Shown here: one piece after another, positions 10,772 to 19,883 of the stretch
How the letters are laid out: every line of letters starts with the position of its first letter
Position numbering within the stretch: the first letter of the stretch is position 1
NCBI GenBank assembly: GCA_030019215.1
Contig: JASEEZ010000003.1
Coordinates: forward strand, 12,109-76,108
From: Actinomycetota bacterium
Lineage (GTDB): Bacteria; Actinomycetota; Aquicultoria; Subteraquimicrobiales; UBA9087
Length of the DNA stretch: 64,000 nucleotides
Direction: 5' to 3'
Made by a program: the position numbers and the translations under genes
Notes under the pieces: model-generated
What the model saw: only the letters and a program-made list of their open reading frames with translations
What the model was told of the DNA's origin: nothing
The model's database searches: none

Positions 10772-10846
10772 GGAGGGGTCGCATAGTCCGGTCTAGTGCG
10801 GCGGTCTCGAACCCCGCAAAATTTGGCGGTGGCACACGCGGAGCCC
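10772..10846 (+). other. decayed tRNA-Ser-like 5' fragment (pseudo-tRNA) upstream of tRNA-Ser(CGA)
   Basis: 'GGAGGGGTCGCATAGTCCGGTCTAGTGCGGCGGTCTCGAACCCCGC' closely parallels the 5' half of the tRNA-Ser(GGA) at 11218 (acceptor, D-arm, CGA-like anticodon arm). It has no T-arm or acceptor 3' strand. Confidence 0.45.
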
Positions 10847-10882
10847 TGAAGCGATCGGGGAATCTATTTCATAAGATAAGAT

Positions 10883-10973
10883 GGTGGGGTGCCAGAGCTT
10901 GGTTTATTGGGCTGGTCTCGAAAACCAGTGTCCGCTTAGGCGGACCGTGAGTTCGAATCTCACCCCCACCGCC
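10883..10973 (+). tRNA. tRNA-Ser (anticodon CGA), type II, CCA encoded
   Basis: Acceptor GGTGGGG/CCCCACC. Anticodon loop CTCGAAA. T-arm GTGAGTTCGAATCTCAC. Discriminator G followed by CCA. Confidence 0.85.
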
Positions 10974-11217
10974 AATATGTGCGGGGCGAATCCCACCCCC
11001 TCCGCTACCCCGCCTGTGGCAGGGTGCCCTGAGCTTAGCTGAAGGGCGAGATAGCAATTAGTTAGTAGTGGGGGAGTTGGGGGCCGGAGTTAATGAAAAA
11101 TGGAGAACGAAAAATGAAAAATTACAACGTAAAATTAAGAATGTTTTTAAATCCTTAAATCATTCTTCATTTTTAGTTCTTAATTCTGACTGTCAACTAA
11201 CAGACTCTTGATTAACT

Positions 11218-11308
11218 GGAGGAGTCGCATAGTTGGCCTAGTGCGCGCGACTGGAAATCGCGTTGGGTACCAAAAGTACCCTCGAGGGTTCGAATCCCTC
11301 CTCCTCCG
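11218..11308 (+). tRNA. tRNA-Ser (anticodon GGA), type II, CCA not encoded
   Basis: Acceptor GGAGGAG/CTCCTCC. Anticodon loop CTGGAAA. Long variable arm. T-arm GAGGGTTCGAATCCCTC. Discriminator G followed by CTA. Confidence 0.8.
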
Positions 11309-11351
11309 CTAGTTGGAAAATCTTTCTTTTTGATTCATAAACAGATATTTT

Positions 11352-11433
11352 TAGAGTGTAGAGTGGGGACGCTGTAGAGTAGAGTGGGGACGCTGTAGAG
11401 TGGGGACGCTGGTTGCAACTGTTGCAGTCGTCC
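11352..11433 (+). repeat. three tandem TAGAG(TAGAG)TGGGGACGCTG repeats ending in an imperfect GGGACG...CGTCCC hairpin (REP/subterminal-hairpin-like), directly 5' of the Y1 transposase gene
   Basis: Tandem copies read at 11352-11374, 11375-11395 and 11396-11411. Hairpin GGGACGCTGGTTGCAACTGTTGCAGTCGTCCC at 11404-11433. Confidence 0.6.
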
Positions 11434-11456
11434 CTTAATTCTGTTAAATTCAGCCT

Positions 11457-12446
11457 ATGCCCAGACAACCAAGACTTGAAGCCCCAGGACTTATCTATCA
11501 CGTAATTGCACGAGGAATAGAGAGAAGAGAGATCTTTACTGACAAGGATGATTACACCTTCTTTCTTACCTGTTTTGGCGAGATTTTAGTTGAGACTCAT
11601 GCAGATTGTCTTGCTTTCTCTCTTCTTCCCAATCACTTTCACCTTCTGTTTAGATCAGGGGAAATTCCTCTCTCAACCATTATGAGACGACTTCTCACCA
11701 GATATGCTTTATTCTTCAACCGAAGACACAGACGATCTGGTCATCTTTTCCAAAACCGCTACAAATCAATCATTTGTCAAGAAGACCCCTATCTTCTCGA
11801 GCTTGTGCGCTATATTCATCTTAATCCCATACGAGCAGGCATTACAAAATCCTTGAGTGAGCTTAATTCCTATTCCTATACAGGACATAGCGCTCTCTTA
11901 GGAAGAGCACGCTTTGGCTGGTACCTGCCAGAAGCTATTCTTGGCTACTTTGGCAAAACTCAAAAGAAAGCTATCAAGAAATACTTAGAATTCATTGGTG
12001 ATGGTCTATCAATGGGAACAAATCCCACATATACTGGCAACAGCCCTAAGAGCTCTTTTGGTTATCCAAAGAGATATCCCAAGAAAAAGCAGATCTCTGA
12101 TGGGAGAATCCTTGGAGATGAAGATTTTGTCCGCGCTCTACAGGAGTGTGAAGAGAAAGAAAAGGAGAAAGGGAGTAAAGTGAGTATAGAAGAGTTGACT
12201 AAACGAGTAGCTAAGACATATTCTTTGGAGCCTGAGCAAATTAGAGGGAGGGGGAGAGCAAAACAATTAAGAGAAGCGAGAACTTTAGTAGCTTACGTTG
12301 CCACTACTTACCTAGGTTTTTCTTTTGCCGAAATAGCTCGTTACCTGAAAGTACATCGCTCAACATCAGCTAGAATGTTAGAGCGAGGCAAAGAGATTGC
12401 AAAGGGTATCGATGCTAAGCAGTGGATAATAGCAAAGGAGAAGTAA
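11457..12446 (+). mobile_element. IS200/IS605-type (Y1, HUH) transposase domain fused to a DnaA-C-terminal-like HTH domain (RAYT-like)
   Basis: 329 aa. N-terminus 'LIYHVIARGIERREIF...LLPNHFHLLF...FQNRY' (HUH plus catalytic Tyr, the Transposase_17 pattern). C-terminus 'QLREARTLVAYVATTYLGFSFAEIARYLKVHRSTSARMLERG' is DnaA_C-like. It is flanked by REP-like repeats. Confidence 0.7.
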
Positions 12447-12535
12447 TGCAACAAATACAACGAACGTCCCTTATCCCTTTTATCCCTTCAACGAACGTCC
12501 CTTATCCCTCTTATCCCTTATAGTTGCAAAGATTT
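12447..12535 (+). repeat. two direct CAACGAACGTCCCTTATCCCT(Y)TTATCCCTT repeats bracketed by TGCAAC...GTTGCAA, 3' of the Y1 transposase gene; CGTCCC is inverted relative to the upstream GGGACG repeats
   Basis: Direct repeats read at 12458-12489 and 12490-12521. TTGCAA motifs at both ends mirror the GTTGCAAC of the upstream hairpin. Confidence 0.55.
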
Positions 12536-12587
12536 ATTATTTTTCCATCAAAGTCGCGGCGATAACCACCAGAAAAGGTGAGTGTAA

Positions 12588-13565
12588 GTGGACAAAATTA
12601 TAGAGGTTGAGAGTTTGACCAAGAAGTTTGGTGAACTAGTTGCTGTCGATTGTGTCTCCTTCGATGTTGAAAAGGGGGAGATATTTGGCTTTCTCGGTCC
12701 GAATGGGGCGGGGAAGTCGACCACCATAAATATGCTCTGCACGCTTCTCAAGCCCACTTCGGGTGGGGCGATTCTCAATGGATTCGATGTCCTCAAGGAA
12801 CCCCATGCGGTCCGCAGATCGATAGGGCTAGTCTTTCAGGATCCGAGCCTGGATGATCGCCTCACCGCCAGAGAGAATCTGGAGTTTCACGCCATGGTCT
12901 ATAATCTCGCCCCAAAGGATATGTGGGATAGAATAGCGGAAGTCCTCCGCTTGGTTGATCTCGAAGACAGGCAGAATGACCTGGTCAGAAACTTTTCCGG
13001 AGGAATGAAAAGGAGGCTGGAGATCGCCCGGGGTCTCATTCACTATCCGAAGGTTCTCTTTCTGGACGAGCCAACCCTGGGGCTGGACCCCCAAACCAGG
13101 AATCACATCTGGCAATATGTCCACGACCTCAAGGAGCGCGAGGAAATCACCATCTTTTTGACCACCCACTATATGGACGAGGCTGAAAACTGCGGCCGCA
13201 TAGCCATCATCGATTACGGAAGGATAATAGCCCTGGATACCCCGGATGGTCTAAAAAGGCAAGTGGGCGGAGATATCATTACCATAAAGACTGTTGATAA
13301 TGAAAGGGCTGCTCGGGAGATAAAGGAGAGATACGGTCTCGAGGTGTCAAGGGATGATGGGTCGTTAAAGTTTGAGATAGTTCGAGGAGAGGAGTTCATA
13401 CCCGATCTCATAAGCGGACTTAGCATCGAGATAACGTCCATCAACTGGAGGAAACCCACCTTGGAGGATGTGTTCCTCAAGCTGACGGGTCGAGCTATAA
13501 GGGAGGAGGATGCCGGGCCGGTGGATCGCATGCGGATGTACGCCAGGACCAAGGGGAGACGCTGA
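12588..13565 (+). CDS. ABC transporter ATP-binding protein (ABC-2/DrrA-like exporter ATPase)
   Basis: GTG start. Walker A 'GPNGAGKST'. Signature 'FSGGMKRRLEIARGL'. Walker B 'VLFLDEPT'. Confidence 0.85.
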   Translation: MDKIIEVESLTKKFGELVAVDCVSFDVEKGEIFGFLGPNGAGKSTTINMLCTLLKPTSGGAILNGFDVLKEPHAVRRSIGLVFQDPSLDDRLTARENLEFHAMVYNLAPKDMWDRIAEVLRLVDLEDRQNDLVRNFSGGMKRRLEIARGLIHYPKVLFLDEPTLGLDPQTRNHIWQYVHDLKEREEITIFLTTHYMDEAENCGRIAIIDYGRIIALDTPDGLKRQVGGDIITIKTVDNERAAREIKERYGLEVSRDDGSLKFEIVRGEEFIPDLISGLSIEITSINWRKPTLEDVFLKLTGRAIREEDAGPVDRMRMYARTKGRR

Positions 13566-13618
13566 AAATTGGTACACTGACTTGAGCGCCTCTTGCCGGT
13601 GGAGGAGCGGAGGTTCAA

Positions 13619-14398
13619 ATGGAAAATTTGAGAGCGATTTATACGATTTGGCTTAGGGATGTGAAGAGGTTCTGGAGGGACAAGCCCCGAATGATTGGAA
13701 CGGTGGCTCAGGCCTCATTGTTCCTTTTCGTTCTGGGGACTGGTCTGGGAAGGGGTTTGGCGGGTGCCTTCGCCGGCGGCCGAGACCCGTTCCTCGCACC
13801 CGGGATTGACTACGTCGTTTTTATCTATCCAGGCATCATCGGCATGACCATCCTTTTTACCTCCCTCTTCTCCGCCTTGTCCATCATCTGGGATAGGGAG
13901 TTCGGTTTTCTTAAGGAAGTGTTGGTCGCCCCGATTTCTCGGTCAGCCGTGGCCATCGGCAAAGCTCTGGGTGGGGCCACCGTCGCCCTCTTCCAGGGAA
14001 CGATCATGCTCGTCTTCGCACCATTTGTGGGGGTTGCGTTGACCCCTGGGATGGTCATCAAGTTGTGGCTCTTCATGTTCCTGATAGCTTTTTCTTTTAC
14101 CTCCATGGGGATAGTCATCGCTGCCCGGATGAGGACGATGGAGGGCTTTCACATGATAATGAACTTCGTTGCCTTGCCCATGTTCTTTTTATCCGGTGCG
14201 ATGTTTCCCTTGAAAGGTTTGCCGGGGTGGATGGAGTGCCTGGTCAATATGGATCCCTTGACTTACGGCGTGGACATGTTACGCTACACCGTCGTTGGTC
14301 TCAATCAATACCCTCTCTCCCGTGACCTTCTTGTCATGGTCGGCTTTGGTCTGCTCATGATCGTCCTGGCCGTGTTCGAGTTCAATAGGGCGGACTGA
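13619..14398 (+). CDS. ABC-2 family transporter permease
   Basis: 259 aa with 6 predicted TM helices. Immediately downstream of the ABC ATPase. Confidence 0.75.
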   Translation: MENLRAIYTIWLRDVKRFWRDKPRMIGTVAQASLFLFVLGTGLGRGLAGAFAGGRDPFLAPGIDYVVFIYPGIIGMTILFTSLFSALSIIWDREFGFLKEVLVAPISRSAVAIGKALGGATVALFQGTIMLVFAPFVGVALTPGMVIKLWLFMFLIAFSFTSMGIVIAARMRTMEGFHMIMNFVALPMFFLSGAMFPLKGLPGWMECLVNMDPLTYGVDMLRYTVVGLNQYPLSRDLLVMVGFGLLMIVLAVFEFNRAD

Positions 14399-14425
14399 AT
14401 GTGCTTGCCCTGTGTTATAATTGGG

Positions 14426-14697
14426 TTGACCGTGCTAGGCGGGGAGTCAGCGGTGCCCTGTACCCGCAATCCGCTACAGCGGGGCCGAATTCCTGCCTGA
14501 GGCACTGGCTGTGAGGACCGTTCTTGGGCAAGGGATGCTGAAGGCCGGGTCCTGTGCGACGGAGGCTTGCGAACCCCGTCAGGTCCGGAAGGAAGCAGCG
14601 GTAAGCAAATACCTCCGGGTGCCGCAGACAAACCTGGCTGGAGTCACCTACCCGAGTCACGCTCGTGGTTTTGATGTCGAGGGCAGGTGCACGGTCA
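14426..14697 (+). ncRNA. ffs: signal recognition particle RNA, long (Bacillus-type) form with Alu domain
   Basis: The 5' 'GACCGTGCTAGGCGGGGAGTCAGCGGTGCCCTGTACCCGCAATCCGC' is near-identical to B. subtilis scRNA. The universally conserved domain IV 'GTCAGGTCCGGAAGGAAGCAGC' is at about 14576-14597. The 3' 'GGTGCACGGTC' pairs with the 5' GACCGTGC. It is followed by a T-rich tract. Confidence 0.85.
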
Positions 14698-14730
14698 TTT
14701 TTTATTTCACTCTTTTCCTCAAAAACTATT

Positions 14731-14766
14731 GACAACCCCACCCTGAAATCTTATGTTTTGTGTAGT
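14731..14766 (+). promoter_or_regulatory. sigma70-like promoter (TTGACA-17-TATGTT) upstream of the MarR/efflux cluster
   Basis: TTGACA at 14731-14736 and TATGTT 17 nt downstream, read directly. Confidence 0.45.
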
Positions 14767-14856
14767 GAAATATTTTTATCGCAAAGGATTTGGAAATTGA
14801 AGCGGGCAGATGTTGAGAGGTACATAGGAGAGATTGAGTTCCTCTTCGCCCAGGCG

Positions 14857-15240
14857 ATGAAGAGAATTCGGGTGCGGGAACATCGTGAACTCCGCGAGCT
14901 TGAAGTAACCCTTCCCCAATTTGCTGCCTTGATGGCTATAAGTTTCAAGGATGGTTGCATGATGAGGGAGCTGGCGGAGGAGTTATCGCTTGCCCTCGGT
15001 ACGGTGACTGGAATCATCGACCGTCTCGTTCGGGCCGGGCTGGTCGAGCGCTATCGAGATGAAAAGGATAGACGGATCGTCAGGGTGAGACTGACTCAGG
15101 CCGGCGGGGGGTTGGTGCGGAAAATCAAGGAGATGAGGAGGAATCACTATATTTCCATCTTGGAGAAGATGGATGAGGAGGACGTGAGAGCGCTCGTCGA
15201 GTCGCTCAGGAAGTTTCTTTTGGTGGTTGTGGGCGAATAA
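14857..15240 (+). CDS. MarR family transcriptional regulator
   Basis: Winged-HTH pattern 'LTLPQFAALMAI...MRELAEELSLALGTVTGIIDRLVRAGLVERYRDEKDRRIVRVRLT'. Start taken at ATG 14857; the upstream TTG 14797 is also possible. The track ORF 14665 begins inside the SRP RNA. Confidence 0.65.
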   Translation: MKRIRVREHRELRELEVTLPQFAALMAISFKDGCMMRELAEELSLALGTVTGIIDRLVRAGLVERYRDEKDRRIVRVRLTQAGGGLVRKIKEMRRNHYISILEKMDEEDVRALVESLRKFLLVVVGE

Positions 15241-15278
15241 GTTTCGGCGAGCACGTGTTCTTTTGAGGGGGGAGTGCG

Positions 15279-16682
15279 ATGGGCAAAAGAGTAAAATGGA
15301 TGATCTTGGTTGGTGCGGTACTCCTGGTATCAGGGGTGGCCTGGGGTGTTGTCGGAGCCAGGCGAGCTGCCGTGGAGGTGGAGACGATCACTGTCGAGAA
15401 GGGAGATATCTCCACCGTGGTGAGCGCCTCAGGAGAGACGATCGCCACAAAAGAGGTTGCCCTCAATTTTAAGATATCCGGCAAGCTCGATGAGGTTTTG
15501 GTCAAGGAGGGAGATGCTGTCGAGGCCGGTCAAACTTTAGCCCGTTTGGACACCAGAGACCTGGAAAATCAGCTTGAGCAGGCGAGGAAGCAGGTGTCCG
15601 TGTACAGCGCGGCATCCAGCAGCGCCGTGGTCACTCTGAGCGCCGCCAACAAGAGCCTCGGGAGTACCCAGGAGAAGACCACCCAGGACATCGCCGCCGC
15701 CCAGAGTGCTCGGAATGCGGCGAAGGCCAGCCGGGACTGGGCTCTCGTGGTGCGCGAGGAAGCCGTGAAGGAATGGCAAGATTTGGTGAAGAAATACGAG
15801 CATCCCATCTATCACCTCCCAAACTATACAGCGGCGCAGGAGGCCGAGGTGGATGCAGCTAAGGCAGCGGCCGATACGGCTCTAACAACCTATTTAAGCG
15901 CCGACGCCTCTTACAGAGCGGCGGAGGAAGCCCTGGTCACCACCGAGCGCGGTGCTCAAGTTCAGTTGACGACCACGGGGAACCAGGTGAGCACGGCCCG
16001 GGCCCAGTATAAATCGGCCCTGGCCCAGCTCCAGCTGGGGAGAGTCGGGCGGAAAATGGCGGAGGATAGTTTGAGCGACGCCACTCTGGTGGCCCCCTGC
16101 GCCGGGAGAGCGATCTCCATCTTGGCCGAGGAAGGGGAGTTCGTCTCGGGCGGTGCAGGGTTAAGCGCCTCTCTAACCGGAGTATCTTCTGACTTCATTG
16201 TCCTGGCCACCATGGATGAGATACAGGTCAAAGCCGATGTCGATGAGGTCGATATTGGGAGAGTCAAGGTTGGTCAGTCTGCCAATATCATCATGGATGC
16301 GTATCCGGCTAGAGTTTTGAAGGGAAAGGTAGTCGAAATTGCTCTGGCCTCTTCGACTACCAAGGGTGGAGGAATAGCTTTTCCCGTGAAGATTTTAATC
16401 TCTTCCGTTGAGGGCGTCGACCTCCGGCTGGGAATGAGCGCGGATGTGGATATCTTGGTGGACACCAAAGAGGATGTGGTTAAAGTTCCCGTCGAGTCGG
16501 TAGTCAGACGAGACGGGAAGGATCTAATCTTCGTTGTGGAGGACTCCATCGCCGGGATGCGCCAGGTTGAACTGGGTCTCTCCAATGAGGATTTCTACGA
16601 GGTCAAGAAGGGAATCAAAGCCGGTGAAAGGGTTGTCACCAGGGGAGCAAGCAAGCTTAAAGGCGGCGAAAGAGTGAAGTGA
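15279..16682 (+). CDS. HlyD/MacA-family periplasmic adaptor (membrane fusion protein)
   Basis: N-terminal TM helix, long coiled-coil, then beta-barrel/lipoyl-like segments typical of MFPs. Immediately upstream of a MacB-type ATPase and permease. Confidence 0.7.
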   Translation: MGKRVKWMILVGAVLLVSGVAWGVVGARRAAVEVETITVEKGDISTVVSASGETIATKEVALNFKISGKLDEVLVKEGDAVEAGQTLARLDTRDLENQLEQARKQVSVYSAASSSAVVTLSAANKSLGSTQEKTTQDIAAAQSARNAAKASRDWALVVREEAVKEWQDLVKKYEHPIYHLPNYTAAQEAEVDAAKAAADTALTTYLSADASYRAAEEALVTTERGAQVQLTTTGNQVSTARAQYKSALAQLQLGRVGRKMAEDSLSDATLVAPCAGRAISILAEEGEFVSGGAGLSASLTGVSSDFIVLATMDEIQVKADVDEVDIGRVKVGQSANIIMDAYPARVLKGKVVEIALASSTTKGGGIAFPVKILISSVEGVDLRLGMSADVDILVDTKEDVVKVPVESVVRRDGKDLIFVVEDSIAGMRQVELGLSNEDFYEVKKGIKAGERVVTRGASKLKGGERVK

Positions 16683-17398
16683 GTCCAACCGAGGAACTGG
16701 TCAAAGCAAGGGACCTTGTCAAGATCTATCGGCTGGAGGGGGTGGAGGTTCATGCGCTCAGGGGTGTTGCCTTCGATATAAGATGCGGAGAATTCGTTTC
16801 TATAATGGGGCCCTCCGGCTCGGGCAAATCCACCCTGATGCACATAATCGGTTGTCTCGATAGACCCACCTCCGGTTCAGTCCTCATCGATGGGCAGGAG
16901 ACGAAGGAGCTCACCGACAACGAGCTGGCGGCAATAAGGAACAAAAAGATAGGTTTCGTCTTTCAAACCTTCAATTTACTTCCTCGCATGAGTGCCCTGA
17001 AGAATGTGGAGCTACCTCTCATCTATGCCGGGTTTGGCCTCGGCGAGAGGGCGAGAAGGGCTAAGGAGACGCTCGAGGCAGTGGGCCTGGGAGAGCGCAT
17101 CAATCACCGGCCATCCCAACTTTCAGGGGGACAGCAGCAGAGGGTTGCCATCGCCCGGGCTCTGGTGAACGACCCCTCGCTCATTCTGGCCGATGAGCCC
17201 ACGGGGAATCTCGATTCGAAATCGGGTGCGGAGGTGATGTCCATCCTTGAGGGGTTGCACGACCAGGGAAGGACAATAATCCTCGTCACTCACGAGCTCT
17301 ACGTGGCCGAACACGCTCAGCGGATAATCCGCATCCTTGATGGGGAGATAGTCTCCGACGAGTGGGTCGAAAACTGTCGTTCCTTGGGGAGGCGCTGA
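16679..17398 (+). CDS. ABC transporter ATP-binding protein, MacB/LolD family
   Basis: Walker A 'GPSGSGKST'. Signature '[15 protein letters not shown]'. Walker B '[12 protein letters not shown]'. Confidence 0.85.
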   Translation: MSPTEELVKARDLVKIYRLEGVEVHALRGVAFDIRCGEFVSIMGPSGSGKSTLMHIIGCLDRPTSGSVLIDGQETKELTDNELAAIRNKKIGFVFQTFNLLPRMSALKNVELPLIYAGFGLGERARRAKETLEAVGLGERINHRPSQLSGGQQQRVAIARALVNDPSLILADEPTGNLDSKSGAEVMSILEGLHDQGRTIILVTHELYVAEHAQRIIRILDGEIVSDEWVENCRSLGRR

Positions 17399-18603
17399 TG
17401 GATATCCTGGAAAGCTTCCGGCTGGCTTTGGGAGGCCTGGCGGCCAACAAAATGCGCTCGGCCTTGACCATGCTCGGCGTCATCATCGGCGTGTCCGCCG
17501 TCATTCTTCTGGTCTCCATCGGTAGCGGCGTCAAGGCGGACATCTCTCGAGAGATAATGGGCCTTGGTTCGAATGTGACCATGGTCCTGCCGGGGAAAAT
17601 AGAGATGCATCCGGGTGCCGGTCAGACCGGCGGGTCCCTGGGGTTGGTCAACAAGCTTGCCCTCGACCACGTCGAGGCCCTCAAGAGGGAGGGAGCTCAT
17701 ATCAAGGAAGCCCTGCCCATCCTCAGTAGTGCAGCTTCGATGAGATACACCAATCTTTCAAGAACGGTCGATGTGGTGGGCACCGCTCCAGAGTACCCGG
17801 CCGTTAGGAACTTTCCGGTGGCCGAGGGAAGGTTCTTCTCCGCTGGGGAGGTGGGTGGCCTGAGGAGGGTGTGTGTCCTCGGGCAAACCGTGGCCGAAGA
17901 TTTCTTTGGTGACAGCAATCCGGTTGGGGAGAGAATCAGTCTTAGTGACCAGAAGTTTACCGTCATTGGGGTGATGACCGAAAAGGGCGGCGGGGCCATG
18001 GGGATAAACCTCGACGACCAGGTCTTCGTTCCCGTCACGGTGGCCCAAAATCTCTTCGGGACGGAGAATCTCAGTCTCATTTTCGTGGAAGCGGCCAGCC
18101 AGGCCGACGTCGATCTGGCGATGGTTGAGGCGAAGAGGATCCTGGCGAGGAGACTGGATGAAAACGACTTCACTGTCCTGGCTCAAGAGGAACTCCTGGG
18201 CATCCTGCAAACCGTGGTGGGGACATTGACGTTGATGCTCGGTGGCATCGCCAGCATCTCTCTGTTGGTTGGCGGGATTGGCATAATGAACATTATGCTG
18301 GTTTCGGTGACCGAGAGAACGAGGGAGATCGGCATAAGGAAAGCGGTCGGGGCTAAGACCTATGACATCTCCATTCAGTTCGTCATTGAGGCGACGACCC
18401 TGAGTGTTATCGGAGGGACGGTGGGTATAATCCTTGGCGCACTCGGTTCCCTGGTGGCAAGGAGCTTCTTGCCCAGCCAGATCACGGCTTGGTCGGTTGT
18501 CCTCGCCTTTTTCTTCGCGGCGGGGGTGGGTATCTTCTTCGGGGTTTATCCGGCCTACAAGGCATCGCATCTCGATCCCATCGAGGCCCTAAGATACGAA
18601 TAG
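17398..18603 (+). CDS. ABC transporter permease, MacB-type (periplasmic MacB_PCD plus FtsX-like 4TM domain)
   Basis: ATG overlaps the upstream stop (ATGA). N-terminal TM, large periplasmic domain, C-terminal FtsX-like TMs. Confidence 0.8.
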   Translation: MDILESFRLALGGLAANKMRSALTMLGVIIGVSAVILLVSIGSGVKADISREIMGLGSNVTMVLPGKIEMHPGAGQTGGSLGLVNKLALDHVEALKREGAHIKEALPILSSAASMRYTNLSRTVDVVGTAPEYPAVRNFPVAEGRFFSAGEVGGLRRVCVLGQTVAEDFFGDSNPVGERISLSDQKFTVIGVMTEKGGGAMGINLDDQVFVPVTVAQNLFGTENLSLIFVEAASQADVDLAMVEAKRILARRLDENDFTVLAQEELLGILQTVVGTLTLMLGGIASISLLVGGIGIMNIMLVSVTERTREIGIRKAVGAKTYDISIQFVIEATTLSVIGGTVGIILGALGSLVARSFLPSQITAWSVVLAFFFAAGVGIFFGVYPAYKASHLDPIEALRYE

Positions 18604-18611
18604 GGGTTCAA

Positions 18612-19799
18612 ATGAAGAACCAGGAGAAAAGAGATCTGTTACTCGGCGTCAAGAGGAACGTTTTTTTTCTGGGATTGGTCAGCCTGTTCACCGACGTCAG
18701 CAGCGAGATGATCTATCCCCTTGTGCCCATTTTTCTGACCACCGTTCTCGGAGCACCCGTCGCCATCGTGGGGCTGATCGAGGGGATAGCGGAGAGCACG
18801 GCTAGCCTTTTAAAGACCTTTTCTGGTTGGCTTTCGGACAGGTATGCCCGCAGAAAACCCTTCGTTTTGGGAGGCTATTCCCTCTCCGCTTTGGGGAAGC
18901 TCCTTTTGAGTGTGGCCTTCGTCTGGCCGATGGTGCTCGCCGCTCGTTTTGTTGACCGCTTAGGCAAGGGCATAAGAACATCTGCCAGAGATGCTTTGAT
19001 CGCCGACGAGACCGATGTGGCTCACCGCGGTAGGGCTTTCGGATTTCATCGGGCCATGGACACCGCGGGGGCGGTCATCGGTCCCCTGATCGCTCTCTTC
19101 CTGATGGCTGCACTCAAGGAGCGGTACAGGCTCATCTTTCTCCTGGCCTTCTTCCCCGCCGTCCTGGGTGTGGGCTTGCTACTTCTCTTTGTGAAGGAGA
19201 GGATGCGGGTTGGTTCCCCCCAGGCGGGGAAGGCTCCTCGCCTGAAGCTGGCCGGATTCGACAGGAGCTTCAAGTTACTGCTCCTCATAATAATCGTCTT
19301 TGGCCTGGGAAACTCAAGCGATGCTTTCTTGATCCTGAGGGCGAAGGACCTGGGGCTTTCCGCCACCCTGGTCGTCCTGGCCTACGTCCTTTACAACATC
19401 GTCTACGCGGTCTTTGCTATGCCGGCTGGGATCATCTCCGACAGGGTCGGCAGGAAGCGGTTGATGGCGGGAGGACTATTGATCTTCGCGATGGTCTATT
19501 TTGCCTTCGCTCTTGTCTCCAAAGCCATCTACGTCTGGCCCCTCTTCGCAATCTATGGATTTTATATCGCCATGACCGAAGGGGTGGGCAGAGCCCTGGT
19601 CACCGACCTTGCTGTCTCCAGAAGGAGAGGGATGGCTCTAGGTCTATACCACACCGCTGTGGGTCTTACCACCTTCGCCGCCAGCCTCATCGCCGGTCTC
19701 CTCTGGACTTATATTGGGGCATTCGCTCCCTTCGTCTACGGGGGAGCTATGTCCCTGATCGCTTCCCTGATGTTCATCGCGATCATGCCAGAATTGTAA
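18612..19799 (+). CDS. MFS transporter
   Basis: About 12 TM helices. 'GRLSDRYARRKP'-type MFS motif. Start at ATG 18612; the track ORF extends upstream into the permease gene. Confidence 0.7.
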   Translation: MKNQEKRDLLLGVKRNVFFLGLVSLFTDVSSEMIYPLVPIFLTTVLGAPVAIVGLIEGIAESTASLLKTFSGWLSDRYARRKPFVLGGYSLSALGKLLLSVAFVWPMVLAARFVDRLGKGIRTSARDALIADETDVAHRGRAFGFHRAMDTAGAVIGPLIALFLMAALKERYRLIFLLAFFPAVLGVGLLLLFVKERMRVGSPQAGKAPRLKLAGFDRSFKLLLLIIIVFGLGNSSDAFLILRAKDLGLSATLVVLAYVLYNIVYAVFAMPAGIISDRVGRKRLMAGGLLIFAMVYFAFALVSKAIYVWPLFAIYGFYIAMTEGVGRALVTDLAVSRRRGMALGLYHTAVGLTTFAASLIAGLLWTYIGAFAPFVYGGAMSLIASLMFIAIMPEL

Positions 19800-19883
19800 T
19801 CTTTTTGATGAAAAGGCGGTGATTTTTCCCTATTTTTGTGCTAGTTTTAGGGAAGGATTCCTTCCTTGGGGTGAGAAACTCAG

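Noticed and set aside
14305-14741. Three track ORFs (14305-14631 -, 14415-14741 -, 14511-14732 +) and the 5' part of the 14665 ORF
   Set aside because: They lie across the SRP RNA gene, whose sequence closely matches Bacillus scRNA and the conserved domain IV. They have no protein-like features.
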